NCBI RefSeq assembly: GCF_001598795.1
Contig: NZ_BCZP01000003.1
Location: 330,001-362,000 of the forward strand
Length of the DNA: 32,000 nucleotides
Source: Delftia acidovorans NBRC 14950
GTDB taxonomy: Bacteria; Pseudomonadota; Gammaproteobacteria; Burkholderiales; Burkholderiaceae_C
Direction of reading: 5' to 3'
The notes beneath the pieces are model-generated. The model was not told the origin of the DNA and made no database searches. It was given only the letters and a program-made list of their open reading frames with translations. Below, in pieces: positions 1 through 8,354 of this stretch. Each line of letters opens with the position of its first letter. The first letter of the stretch is position 1. Both the position numbers and the translations under genes were made by a program.

Positions 1-46
1 TCAATGAAATCGCTTCAAAAGGAAGTGGATTGCAGGAGACAAGACG

Positions 47-2371
47 ATGAAACAGCCAACCCCTTTTTCGGGCATGGTGGCCGCAGCCACGCTCGCCAGT
101 GTGCTGACCGCCTGCGGCGGCAGCGGTGACTCAGGCCTGGGTGTCATCGAGATACGCAGCCTGTCCAACCGGGCCGACATGATCAGCGACGGCAATGCCT
201 ATATTGAAATTGTGCTGCCCAAGGGCAGCCCGCCCGGTGCGCTGAAGGTGGCGCTCAATGGCACGGATGTCACCGCCCGGTTCGCCCAGCGCGCCAATGG
301 CCGGATTCTGGGCCGGGTCGAGGGATTGAAGGTGGGCGCCAACACCCTCACCGCCACGGCGGCCGGCAGCGCGAGGGCACGGCTGGACATCACCAACCAT
401 GGCCGGGGCGATCCCATCTTCGCCGGGCCGCAGACCGCGCCGTGGATCTGCGCCACGCGCAATGGCGCGCAAGCCACCGTTTCCGTGCCCGGCACGGCAC
501 TGTCGGCGACCGTGACCACGCGCGTCAGCGGTCTCGATACCGATCCGGTGGATGTCCAGTGCAATACCAGGACCCAGTACACCTACTACTACATGCCCAA
601 GGCCAGGCAAGGCAGCGCCTGCACGATGGGTCCGGCAGGCGCCACGCCCTGCCATGTGGCCTACGACCCATCGCAGCGCCCGGCCGACAGCGAGATCGCC
701 GACTTCACCAACGACCGCGGAGATACGGTCAAGCACCTGCTGCGCATGGAAACTGGCGTCATGGGCCGCGGCACCTTCCAGATCCTGGCCTACCATGACC
801 CCGCGCAGGCCTGGACGCCCTGGGAGCCGCAAAAGGGATGGAACGGCAAGGTGCTGTGGCGATTCGGCGCAGCCGCTTCCGGCAATCGCTTCCAGGAGCC
901 GGCGGTCAACCTCCTCGACCAGTTCAGCGGCAGCCTGCCGTTCGACCCCAACGCGCTCGCGGCAGGCCACATGGTCGTGAAAGCCATGCTGACCAACCAC
1001 CTGCACAACAACAATGAGTTGCTGGCCGCCGAGAACATGATGCGAATCAAGGAGCATCTGATCGAGAACTACGGCGAAGTGCGCTACACCATGGGCGACG
1101 GCGACTCGGGTGGCTCCATGATGCAGACAGTGATCGCCTCCGCCATGCCGGGTCTGCTGCAGGGCATACAGACGGGGCTGAGCTATCCCGATGCGGTGTC
1201 CACCTGGATGGAAACACGCGACTGCGGCCTGCTGTCCAGCTACTACAGGACCGCCGCAGGACAGGCACTGAGCGACACCGCGAAGGCCGCCATCAATGGC
1301 CATCCGGCCAGCTACTGCGACAAATGGGTAGGGAGCTTCATCGCCCCCCAGAACCCCCGGCTGCCCGACAACTGCGGCGTGGGCTTTCCCGCCTCCATCG
1401 TCTACGACCCGCGCACACGCGGCCAGGGCGTGCGCTGCTCGATCCACGACATGCTGGTCCCGGTGTTCGGGACGTTCAAGGACACCGACGGCCACACCAA
1501 GCCGCAGCTGCCTTATGACAACACGGGCCTGCAGTACGGACTCAAGGCACTGCAGTCGGGCGCCATCGACGCGGAGGCTTTCGTGCAGCTCAACGAAGGC
1601 ATCGGCAGCTACACCAACGACATGGACTGGACCGGCGGCACTGCGTCCCGGCCGGCAGCCCGCGAGCGGGCCGTGGCCAGCCTGCCGCCCAGGCTCTACA
1701 GCAGTGGCCTCACCAGCAACGGCAGGAACCTGTCCCAGGTGGCCATCATTGACCTGCGGCCCGAGGGCGGCAGCGACATCCACATGACCTGGCGCAGCCT
1801 GCAGCAACGCGCGCGGCTGGATGCCGCCAACGGCCACCATGACAACCATGTGATCCGTGCCAGCAAGGGTATGGTCCCGCTGCTGATCGCCCCGGCCATG
1901 CGACGCGAGGCCTTTGTCATGATGGACCGCTGGCTGACCGCCGTGGAGCGCGACACCACCGGCGCTGCGCTGGCACAGAAAGTGGTGCGCAACAGGCCTT
2001 CGGATGTCAGGGATGGATGCATCGCCGCAACGGGAGCCGTCCCTTCGGATCTGGACAAAGTCCTGGCCCTGGACGACCCAGCCTGTCCCCTCAAGCCGAC
2101 CCTGTCACCACGCCAGGTGGCCGGAGGTCCGCTCGCGGAGGACATCTACCAGTGCCAGCTCAAGCCCCTTTCGTTCACCAGCCCGGAGTACGCCGGCATC
2201 ACCTTCAGCCCGGCCCAGCAAAAGCGCCTTGCCGCAGTGTTTGCGGCAGGAGTGTGCGACTGGAGCCAGGCCGGAAGGGGCCAGAGCCAGGAGGCGGCCT
2301 TCCTGACCGATTTCAGTGCCGGCCCGGCGGGCACCAAGGCCGGGCCTGCGCCGGTCTCGCGCAACGATTGA
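47..2371 (+). CDS. Secreted lipoprotein of unknown function (possible serine hydrolase)
   Basis: 774-aa ORF. AGGAGA Shine-Dalgarno sits 7 nt before ATG-47. Signal peptide ends in lipobox LTAC (MKQPTPFSGMVAAATLASVLTAC-GG). GxSxG-like elbow G-D-S-G-G occurs in ...YTMGDGDSGGSMMQ.... Third codon positions are G/C-rich. I cannot name the family with certainty. Confidence 0.75.
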   Translation: MKQPTPFSGMVAAATLASVLTACGGSGDSGLGVIEIRSLSNRADMISDGNAYIEIVLPKGSPPGALKVALNGTDVTARFAQRANGRILGRVEGLKVGANTLTATAAGSARARLDITNHGRGDPIFAGPQTAPWICATRNGAQATVSVPGTALSATVTTRVSGLDTDPVDVQCNTRTQYTYYYMPKARQGSACTMGPAGATPCHVAYDPSQRPADSEIADFTNDRGDTVKHLLRMETGVMGRGTFQILAYHDPAQAWTPWEPQKGWNGKVLWRFGAAASGNRFQEPAVNLLDQFSGSLPFDPNALAAGHMVVKAMLTNHLHNNNELLAAENMMRIKEHLIENYGEVRYTMGDGDSGGSMMQTVIASAMPGLLQGIQTGLSYPDAVSTWMETRDCGLLSSYYRTAAGQALSDTAKAAINGHPASYCDKWVGSFIAPQNPRLPDNCGVGFPASIVYDPRTRGQGVRCSIHDMLVPVFGTFKDTDGHTKPQLPYDNTGLQYGLKALQSGAIDAEAFVQLNEGIGSYTNDMDWTGGTASRPAARERAVASLPPRLYSSGLTSNGRNLSQVAIIDLRPEGGSDIHMTWRSLQQRARLDAANGHHDNHVIRASKGMVPLLIAPAMRREAFVMMDRWLTAVERDTTGAALAQKVVRNRPSDVRDGCIAATGAVPSDLDKVLALDDPACPLKPTLSPRQVAGGPLAEDIYQCQLKPLSFTSPEYAGITFSPAQQKRLAAVFAAGVCDWSQAGRGQSQEAAFLTDFSAGPAGTKAGPAPVSRND

Positions 2372-2485
2372 GTTGCACCCTGCGCGAAGTCCCGCAGGGG
2401 TCCGGGGGCCGGTGATCAGGGTTTGCAGCGTGCCAATTCATGCAATGAAGCAGCAGACTTTCATTGAAGATTCGCATCAAGCACC

Positions 2486-3178
2486 ATGCCCCCGCCCACG
2501 ATCAACGCCGTCCTCAAGTCCGCGCCCTTTGCGCCCCACCTGAGCAGGGCCCACCTGCTCAGGTTGCGGCGGGAGGTGCTGTTGCGGCACATACCGGCCG
2601 GCACCCCGCTTTGCCACAAGACGCACCGGGCCGGCCACTGGGCCGGCGTCGTCCAGGGAGCGGTCAAGATCCATGCGCTGTCGCCTACCGGGCGCAGCAC
2701 CACGCTGGCCACCTTTACCCCGGGTTGCTGGTTCGGCGAGGGCACACTGCTCAAGCACGAATGCTGGCCGTTCGACGCGACGGCGATCGAGGATACGCTG
2801 GTGGCGCTGATGCCGGCCAGCACCTTTCACTGGCTGCTGGAGCGCAGCCTCGGCTTCAACCGCTTCCTGCTGGACCAGCTCAATGCGCGCCTGGGCCAGT
2901 TCATCGGCCGCTGCGAGCATGCGCGGCTGCACCATTCCAGCCGCCATGTGGCGCACTGCATCTCGGAGCTGACCGATTCGAGGCTGTATCCGGACACCGG
3001 CAACCGGCACCTGGGCATGTCGCAGGAGGAGTTGGCCAGCCTGGCCGGCGTGTCGCGCCAGATCGTCAATCGCACCCTGGGGGAGCTGGAGGACATCGGA
3101 GCGGTCCGCGTCTCCTATGGGGCATTGACACTGATCGATCCCGAAGGACTGCGGCGCTTCAGCGAATCCTTCGAGTGA
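2486..3178 (+). CDS. Crp/Fnr-family transcriptional regulator
   Basis: 230-aa ORF. Effector-barrel-like segment ...GHWAGVVQGAVKIHALSPTGRSTTLATFTPGCWFGEG.... C-terminal HTH ...SQEELASLAGVSRQIVNRTLGELEDIGAV.... No N-terminal FNR-type Cys cluster. Confidence 0.85.
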   Translation: MPPPTINAVLKSAPFAPHLSRAHLLRLRREVLLRHIPAGTPLCHKTHRAGHWAGVVQGAVKIHALSPTGRSTTLATFTPGCWFGEGTLLKHECWPFDATAIEDTLVALMPASTFHWLLERSLGFNRFLLDQLNARLGQFIGRCEHARLHHSSRHVAHCISELTDSRLYPDTGNRHLGMSQEELASLAGVSRQIVNRTLGELEDIGAVRVSYGALTLIDPEGLRRFSESFE

Positions 3179-3194
3179 GGCACGGCCCCGGCGC

Positions 3195-5477
3195 TCAGGC
3201 GGCCTCCAGCACCTCGACGCGGTTGCGGCCCTTGCGCTTGGCCGCATAGCAGGCCATGTCGGCCGAGCGCAGCGCGCTGCTGACCGTGTGCTGGCGGGCA
3301 TCGAGCACCACCATGCCGACGCTGACACCCATCAGGTAGCGCTGGCCCTCGTGCGCGCCTTCCCAGTCCTGCACGGCCATGCACAGGCTTTGCGCCAGCA
3401 GCATGCCCTGCTCCGCCGAGGTGCCCGCCAGCAGCACGGCGAATTCATCACCGCCCAGGCGCGCCACCCAGCCCAGCGGCCGGACCACGCTGTCTATCAG
3501 CCGGGCCATGTGGCACAGCACCTCGTCGCCCGCCGCATGGCCGCCCTGCTGGTTGACGTGGGCGAAGTGGTCCAGGTCCAGGAACAGGATCACGCCATGC
3601 TGCGGCAGGCCGACGGCCTCCTCCTCCGCCTCTTCCTCCGCCTCTTGCGCCTCCTCGATCGTGGCGACGGCGGTGTTGTCGCTGTGCTGCAAGGCGGATT
3701 CACCCTGCTGCAGCGCCTCGGCCGGCAGGCGCTGGGCGGCACTGCATTCCTGCAGCCATTCATGCAGGCGCATGGCAAAGGCCTCGCGGTTGGGCAGCAG
3801 GGTCAGCGGATCGTGCATGGCCTTCCAGCCCGGCTGCTCGCGCACCAGTCGCTGCATGGTCACGTCCTCGACCACCCAGACCAGGGTGGGGTCTGCCGGC
3901 ACCACGGCGCGCGGCTCCAGGCCGCGCTGCAGGCGCTGCAGGCTCTGGCCGTGCAGGCGCACCCAGATGGGGCGGCCGTCCTTGCGGACAAAGCACTGCT
4001 CGCTGTCGAACTGGCCGTACATGTCCAGGTCCTTGCGCACGCGCTCCAGCAATTGGATGTGCGCCGCGTCGGAGGCGCACAGCTGGCGTATCGCCTGCCC
4101 CTGCAGCTCGCGCGGCGGATAGCCGAGCATGCGCGCGGCCTGCAGGCCCACCAGCTCCAGATGCGCCGACCGCGTGACCACCAGGCCCACGGGCGCGTAG
4201 TCCATCAGCGTCTGCAGCTGCAGTTGCAGCCGGCCGACCTCGTGCGCCTGCTCCTGCCCCATCTGCCCCAGGCGATGCAGGGCCTGCCACAGCGTGGAGG
4301 CTTCGCCCCAGGCATGAGTCCAGGGCATGCGCCAGCCGCCTTCCTCGGCATGGCCCGGCTCGGGTTCGGGCGCGGGATCGGGCTCCTCGGCCATGAGTCT
4401 TCCCTGGCTCGCCAGCCATTGGCGTGCAGTGCGGTGCAGGGCCGCCATGGGTTCGGTGACCAGGATCAGCAGCAGGACCAGCAGGCCAGCGACACCGACC
4501 ACGGCGGCCAGCAGCCACCACAGCACGCGCGGCGCCAGGCTGGGCGCGATGGCTTCCTCGGGGGTGATCCTGACCACCAGCCACTGCGGCAGCGGCATGC
4601 CTGCCGTCGTCACCAGGTAGCCCGCGCGCCGCTGGGTGTCGGGGCCCACCTGCACTGCGCCGGCCGCGGGGTCCTGCAGCCAGTCCGCGCCCAGGCCGGG
4701 CTCGGCCTCGGCACGCGCCGACCAGCGCGAGGGGTCGGAATGGGCCAGGATCTGCCCGTCGCGCTGCATGACCAGCAGGCGCCCGCCGGAGCGCGAGGGA
4801 TCGATGCTGGGCGGCAGCAGGGCCTGGGCGGACATGCGCACGCCGGCCGACAGCACGCCGCTGACCGTGCCGTTGCCGGTGCGCAGCGGCACGGCGTACA
4901 GCAACTCCATCATTCCGGGATCAGCCCCCTTGCGCACCATGGTGGAGACTACGGGCCGGCCATCGGCCAGGCTGCGCCGCATCACGTCGCGCACGCCTTC
5001 GTCCAGATCGACCAGGGGCTCGGAACGGCCGCCCCGCAGGCTGAGCTGCAACTGGCCACGCGCGTCGGCCAGTTGCAGGGTGTCGAACAGCCGCACGGAT
5101 GCGTCTCCGCGCAGCATCTCGCCCATCAGCCGGCTCGGGTCGCTGCCCTGGTCTGCAATGCCCTGGGCCAGCACCCACAGCAGGCGCTGCTGCTGCTCCA
5201 GCCGAGCGGCCAGCATGCGCGCCATGGTATCGACCTCGTCGGCCTGCCGGGCCATGGCGCGCTCCAGCGTCTGCTGGCGCATGTTGTGCGAGACCCACCA
5301 GGCACTGCCAAGGCCCGCCAGCAGCACGGCCGCAGCGGCCAGCGCCAGCACCGTGCAGCGCATGGCGCCCCAGCCTGTGGCCGCGCGCGGCCGCGAGGGT
5401 GAATCCGGCAGCTGCGGAGCATCCTGGGATGCCAGCAGTGCCTGGAAAAAGGGAGATCGGCGGGCGTCCAGTGACAT
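3195..5477 (-). CDS. Membrane sensor diguanylate cyclase (periplasmic sensor - TM - PAS - GGDEF)
   Basis: Two hydrophobic segments (CTVLALAAAAVLLAGLGSAWWV and VLWWLLAAVVGVAGLLVLLLILV) flank a ~270-aa putative periplasmic domain. PAS-like segment (...APVGLVVTRSAHLELVGLQAARMLGY...FVRKDGRPIWVRLHG...). GGDEF domain has DLDHFAHVNQQGGHAAGD and an intact RLGGDEFAVLL. Start is uncertain: ATG 5477 (MSLDARR) is given, with ATG 5363 (MRCTVL...) and GTG 5579 as alternatives. Confidence 0.85.
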   Translation of the reverse strand: MSLDARRSPFFQALLASQDAPQLPDSPSRPRAATGWGAMRCTVLALAAAAVLLAGLGSAWWVSHNMRQQTLERAMARQADEVDTMARMLAARLEQQQRLLWVLAQGIADQGSDPSRLMGEMLRGDASVRLFDTLQLADARGQLQLSLRGGRSEPLVDLDEGVRDVMRRSLADGRPVVSTMVRKGADPGMMELLYAVPLRTGNGTVSGVLSAGVRMSAQALLPPSIDPSRSGGRLLVMQRDGQILAHSDPSRWSARAEAEPGLGADWLQDPAAGAVQVGPDTQRRAGYLVTTAGMPLPQWLVVRITPEEAIAPSLAPRVLWWLLAAVVGVAGLLVLLLILVTEPMAALHRTARQWLASQGRLMAEEPDPAPEPEPGHAEEGGWRMPWTHAWGEASTLWQALHRLGQMGQEQAHEVGRLQLQLQTLMDYAPVGLVVTRSAHLELVGLQAARMLGYPPRELQGQAIRQLCASDAAHIQLLERVRKDLDMYGQFDSEQCFVRKDGRPIWVRLHGQSLQRLQRGLEPRAVVPADPTLVWVVEDVTMQRLVREQPGWKAMHDPLTLLPNREAFAMRLHEWLQECSAAQRLPAEALQQGESALQHSDNTAVATIEEAQEAEEEAEEEAVGLPQHGVILFLDLDHFAHVNQQGGHAAGDEVLCHMARLIDSVVRPLGWVARLGGDEFAVLLAGTSAEQGMLLAQSLCMAVQDWEGAHEGQRYLMGVSVGMVVLDARQHTVSSALRSADMACYAAKRKGRNRVEVLEAA

Positions 5478-5597
5478 GACGCCATCAATATATGCAGGCC
5501 CGAAATCCGTCCCACTGGGTGGAACCCGCGAACCAGTGGATACCCCGCCCCGCAAGGCCCGGCGCTTGCAGGCCGGCACCCGTCAGCGGCGTGGGAA

Positions 5598-6233
5598 TCA
5601 GCCTACTGCGAGCACTTCGAGGGCCGCCGGCTTGGGCAGATCGATGACATTGCCCCGGCCCGCGATGAGCCCGTGCTCACGCAACTGGCACAGCACGCGC
5701 GAGAAGGTCTCGGGCGCAATGCCGAGCTGGGCGGCGATGAGCCGCTTGCGCAGGTGCAGCGTCACGCGCAGGCCACCAGCCTCGTGCGGCATGGCATGGC
5801 GCAGCAGCCACTGGGCGCAGCGCGCCTCGGCGTCCTTGGACAGGCGGCTCACCGCCAGCTCGGTCTGCGCGCAGTAGGCCTGGGCCATGTCCTGCAGCAG
5901 TTGCTGGGCGGGCGAAGGCAGCTGCGAGACGGCCTTCAGGAAGTCGGCCTGGGGCAGTTGCTGCACGCGGACATCGCTGTCGGCCAGCATGTCCAGGCTG
6001 CTGCCGCGCCGCTGCAGCACAAAGGCCGCGTCCAGCCAGGCAGGCCCCTCCACGACACCGAGCTGGTGGCGCATCTGCCCACCCTGGCCTATGCCCAGGA
6101 GCACGCGACCGCGCTCCAGATACATCACCGTATCCGGCGACTGCCGACGCAGCCTGAGCCAGGTACCCGCGGCCAACACCTGGGCGGAACCCGGCGCGAA
6201 GGCGAAAGCTTGCAAGGAAGACAGGGCGAACAT
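5598..6233 (-). CDS. Crp/Fnr-family transcriptional regulator
   Basis: 211-aa ORF starting at ATG 6233. C-terminal HTH ...RKRLIAAQLGIAPETFSRVLCQLREHGLI.... N-terminal barrel-like half. No FNR Cys cluster. Co-directional with the cyclase gene and 120 bp upstream of it. Confidence 0.8.
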   Translation of the reverse strand: MFALSSLQAFAFAPGSAQVLAAGTWLRLRRQSPDTVMYLERGRVLLGIGQGGQMRHQLGVVEGPAWLDAAFVLQRRGSSLDMLADSDVRVQQLPQADFLKAVSQLPSPAQQLLQDMAQAYCAQTELAVSRLSKDAEARCAQWLLRHAMPHEAGGLRVTLHLRKRLIAAQLGIAPETFSRVLCQLREHGLIAGRGNVIDLPKPAALEVLAVG

Positions 6234-6373
6234 GCATGCAACTTTGCCGGCTTTGCTCCCGCCGCGTTTTGAGCCATGTCAATCCACCGCCAGCACACCG
6301 GTCCGCAGGCGGCATACTTGTCACAAGAATGTCACCAGTGAAACGTAATGTATCCAACTGAAAAGTTGAGCCC

Positions 6374-8257
6374 ATGATCGATCCCCAGATGCTCGCCAGC
6401 CTGCCCGCTGCCGCGGCCGTGCTCTCCGCCGCCGTGCGGTCAGGCGCAGGCCCCGTGGCGCAGCTCATGCGCGCGGGCGGCCTGTACTGCGTCTTCCAGC
6501 CGCTGGCCGACTTGCGCAGCGGCAGCATCTATGCGCATGAGGCGCTGATCCGCGGCCCCCGGGGCATGTCGTTGCACACGCCCGACGCCCTGCTCAAGGG
6601 CGCAGCGGCCGAGGGCATTCTTCGGGAATTCGAGCTGCTGGCGGTCTGCGTGGCGCTGCAGGACTGGGGCCGGCAGAGTGCGCCGGGCCGGCTGTTCGTC
6701 AACCTCAGCGCCCAGGCGCTGGTGCAGGCCGTGGGGGTCTGCGGCCCCGGCATGGTCGGGGACACGGTGCGCAGCTTCGGCGTGCAGGCCCGCTCCATGG
6801 TGGTGGAGATCACCGAACACGACCATGTGACCGACATGCCCGCCGTCTGCGCCGCCGTGAAGGCCGTGCATGCCACGGGCGCGCGCCTGGCGCTGGATGA
6901 CTTTGGCGACGGCCGCTCCAGCCTGCGCCTGTGGTCCGAGGCCAAGCCCGACTTCGTCAAGATCGACAAATACTTCATCCACCAGATCGAGCAGCGCCCG
7001 GCCACGCTGCAGCTGCTGCAGGCCATCAAGGGCATTGCCGAGGTCTTCGGCACCACGCTGATCGCCGAAGGCATAGAGACCGAGGATGAGCTGCGCACCC
7101 TGCGCGACCTGGGCATTCCGTATGGCCAGGGCTGGCTGCTGGGCCGCCCTGCCGAAACCGCCCAGCCCCAGATCAGCACGCAGGCGCGCAGCGTGGCGCA
7201 GGACCCGCGCGTGGCCGTGCTGCCCCACCAGGGCCACAGCGCCCGCCCGGGCGTGCTGCGCAACCTGATGGTGATGCAGGCGCCCTGCGTGATGCCTGCG
7301 GCCAGCAACGACGAGGTGGCCGAGCTGTTCCAGGCCGGGCAGCAGCTGCATGCCATTGCCGTCGTGGAGGCCGGCCGGCCGCTGGCGCTCATCAACCGCC
7401 AGCAGTTCATGAACCACTACGCCACGCTGTACTTCCGCGAGGTGCACGGGCGCAAGCCCTGCCTGGCCTTTGCCAACGTGCAGCCGCGCATCGTGGAGCT
7501 CGATTGCGATGTGGACCAGCTTGTGGGCATCCTGACCTCGCAGGACCAGCGCTACCTGAGCGACGGCTTCATCGTCACCGACAACGGCCGCTATGTGGGC
7601 CTGGGCACGGGCGAGCAGCTGGTGCGCCGCGTGACCGAGGCCCGCATCGAGGCCGCGCGCCACGCCAACCCGCTGACCTTCCTGCCCGGCAACATCCCCA
7701 TCAGCCTGCACATGCAGCGACTGCTGGACAGCGGCGCCGGCTTCGTGGCCTGCTACGCCGACCTCAACCACTTCAAGCCCTTCAACGACCACTACGGCTA
7801 CTGGCGCGGCGACCAGATGATCCGCCTGGTGGCGCGGCTGGCCGTGGCGCACTGCGATGCGCGGCGCGACTTCGTGGGCCACGTGGGCGGGGACGACTTC
7901 ATGCTGCTGCTGCAAAGCGAAGACTGGCAGCGGCGCTGCGAGGACATCGTCGGCGCCTTCGCAGGCGAGGCGCGCCAGCTGTTCGACGACCAGGCGCGCG
8001 AGGCCGGAGGCATCTGGGCCGAGGACCGCCACGGCATCCGGCGATTCTTTGCCTGCACCACGCTGTCCATCGGCGTGGTGCGCGTCACGCCGGGCAGCGT
8101 GCTGGCGCCCGAGGACATTGCCAACCTGGCGGCCCTGGCCAAGCAGCAGGCCAAGGCGCAAAGCCTGCCGGGGCGCGGCGCCATCGCGCTGCACACGCCG
8201 CGCGATGAAGCGCGGCGCCAGGCCCTGCACGGCACCGCAGCGGCCTGGCCTGCCTGA
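6374..8257 (+). CDS. EAL phosphodiesterase - CBS pair - degenerate GGDEF (GGDDF) protein
   Basis: 627-aa ORF. EAL-domain signatures are present: YAHEALIRG, FVNLS, VVEITEHD, LDDFGDG, KIDKYF, AEGIETE, GQGWLLGRP. The central region is CBS-like. The C-terminal GGDEF-like domain has DLNHFKPFNDHYGYWRGD and HVGGDDFMLLL. Confidence 0.85.
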   Translation: MIDPQMLASLPAAAAVLSAAVRSGAGPVAQLMRAGGLYCVFQPLADLRSGSIYAHEALIRGPRGMSLHTPDALLKGAAAEGILREFELLAVCVALQDWGRQSAPGRLFVNLSAQALVQAVGVCGPGMVGDTVRSFGVQARSMVVEITEHDHVTDMPAVCAAVKAVHATGARLALDDFGDGRSSLRLWSEAKPDFVKIDKYFIHQIEQRPATLQLLQAIKGIAEVFGTTLIAEGIETEDELRTLRDLGIPYGQGWLLGRPAETAQPQISTQARSVAQDPRVAVLPHQGHSARPGVLRNLMVMQAPCVMPAASNDEVAELFQAGQQLHAIAVVEAGRPLALINRQQFMNHYATLYFREVHGRKPCLAFANVQPRIVELDCDVDQLVGILTSQDQRYLSDGFIVTDNGRYVGLGTGEQLVRRVTEARIEAARHANPLTFLPGNIPISLHMQRLLDSGAGFVACYADLNHFKPFNDHYGYWRGDQMIRLVARLAVAHCDARRDFVGHVGGDDFMLLLQSEDWQRRCEDIVGAFAGEARQLFDDQAREAGGIWAEDRHGIRRFFACTTLSIGVVRVTPGSVLAPEDIANLAALAKQQAKAQSLPGRGAIALHTPRDEARRQALHGTAAAWPA

Positions 8258-8264
8258 AACAGAA

Positions 8265-8294
8265 AGCCCGCAGGCTCTTGCGAGGCTGCGGGCT
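8265..8294 (-). terminator. Hairpin between the convergent EAL gene and puuD, likely intrinsic terminator of puuD
   Basis: AGCCCGCAGGCTC-TTGC-GAGGCTGCGGGCT (13-bp stem with one mismatch). Read on the minus strand it is followed by TTCTGTTTCAGGCA. Confidence 0.55.
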
Positions 8295-8354
8295 GGTGGC
8301 TGGCCGCCGAACGCTGACAGCAAACGCCGACAGCGTCTGGGCGCGGCCCAGCGA

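Noticed and set aside
2486-6233. The two Crp/Fnr-family genes as classical oxygen-sensing FNR
   Set aside because: Neither protein has the N-terminal Cys cluster needed for the FNR [4Fe-4S] centre. The FNR-like half-sites seen at 2464-2480 also have the wrong spacing.
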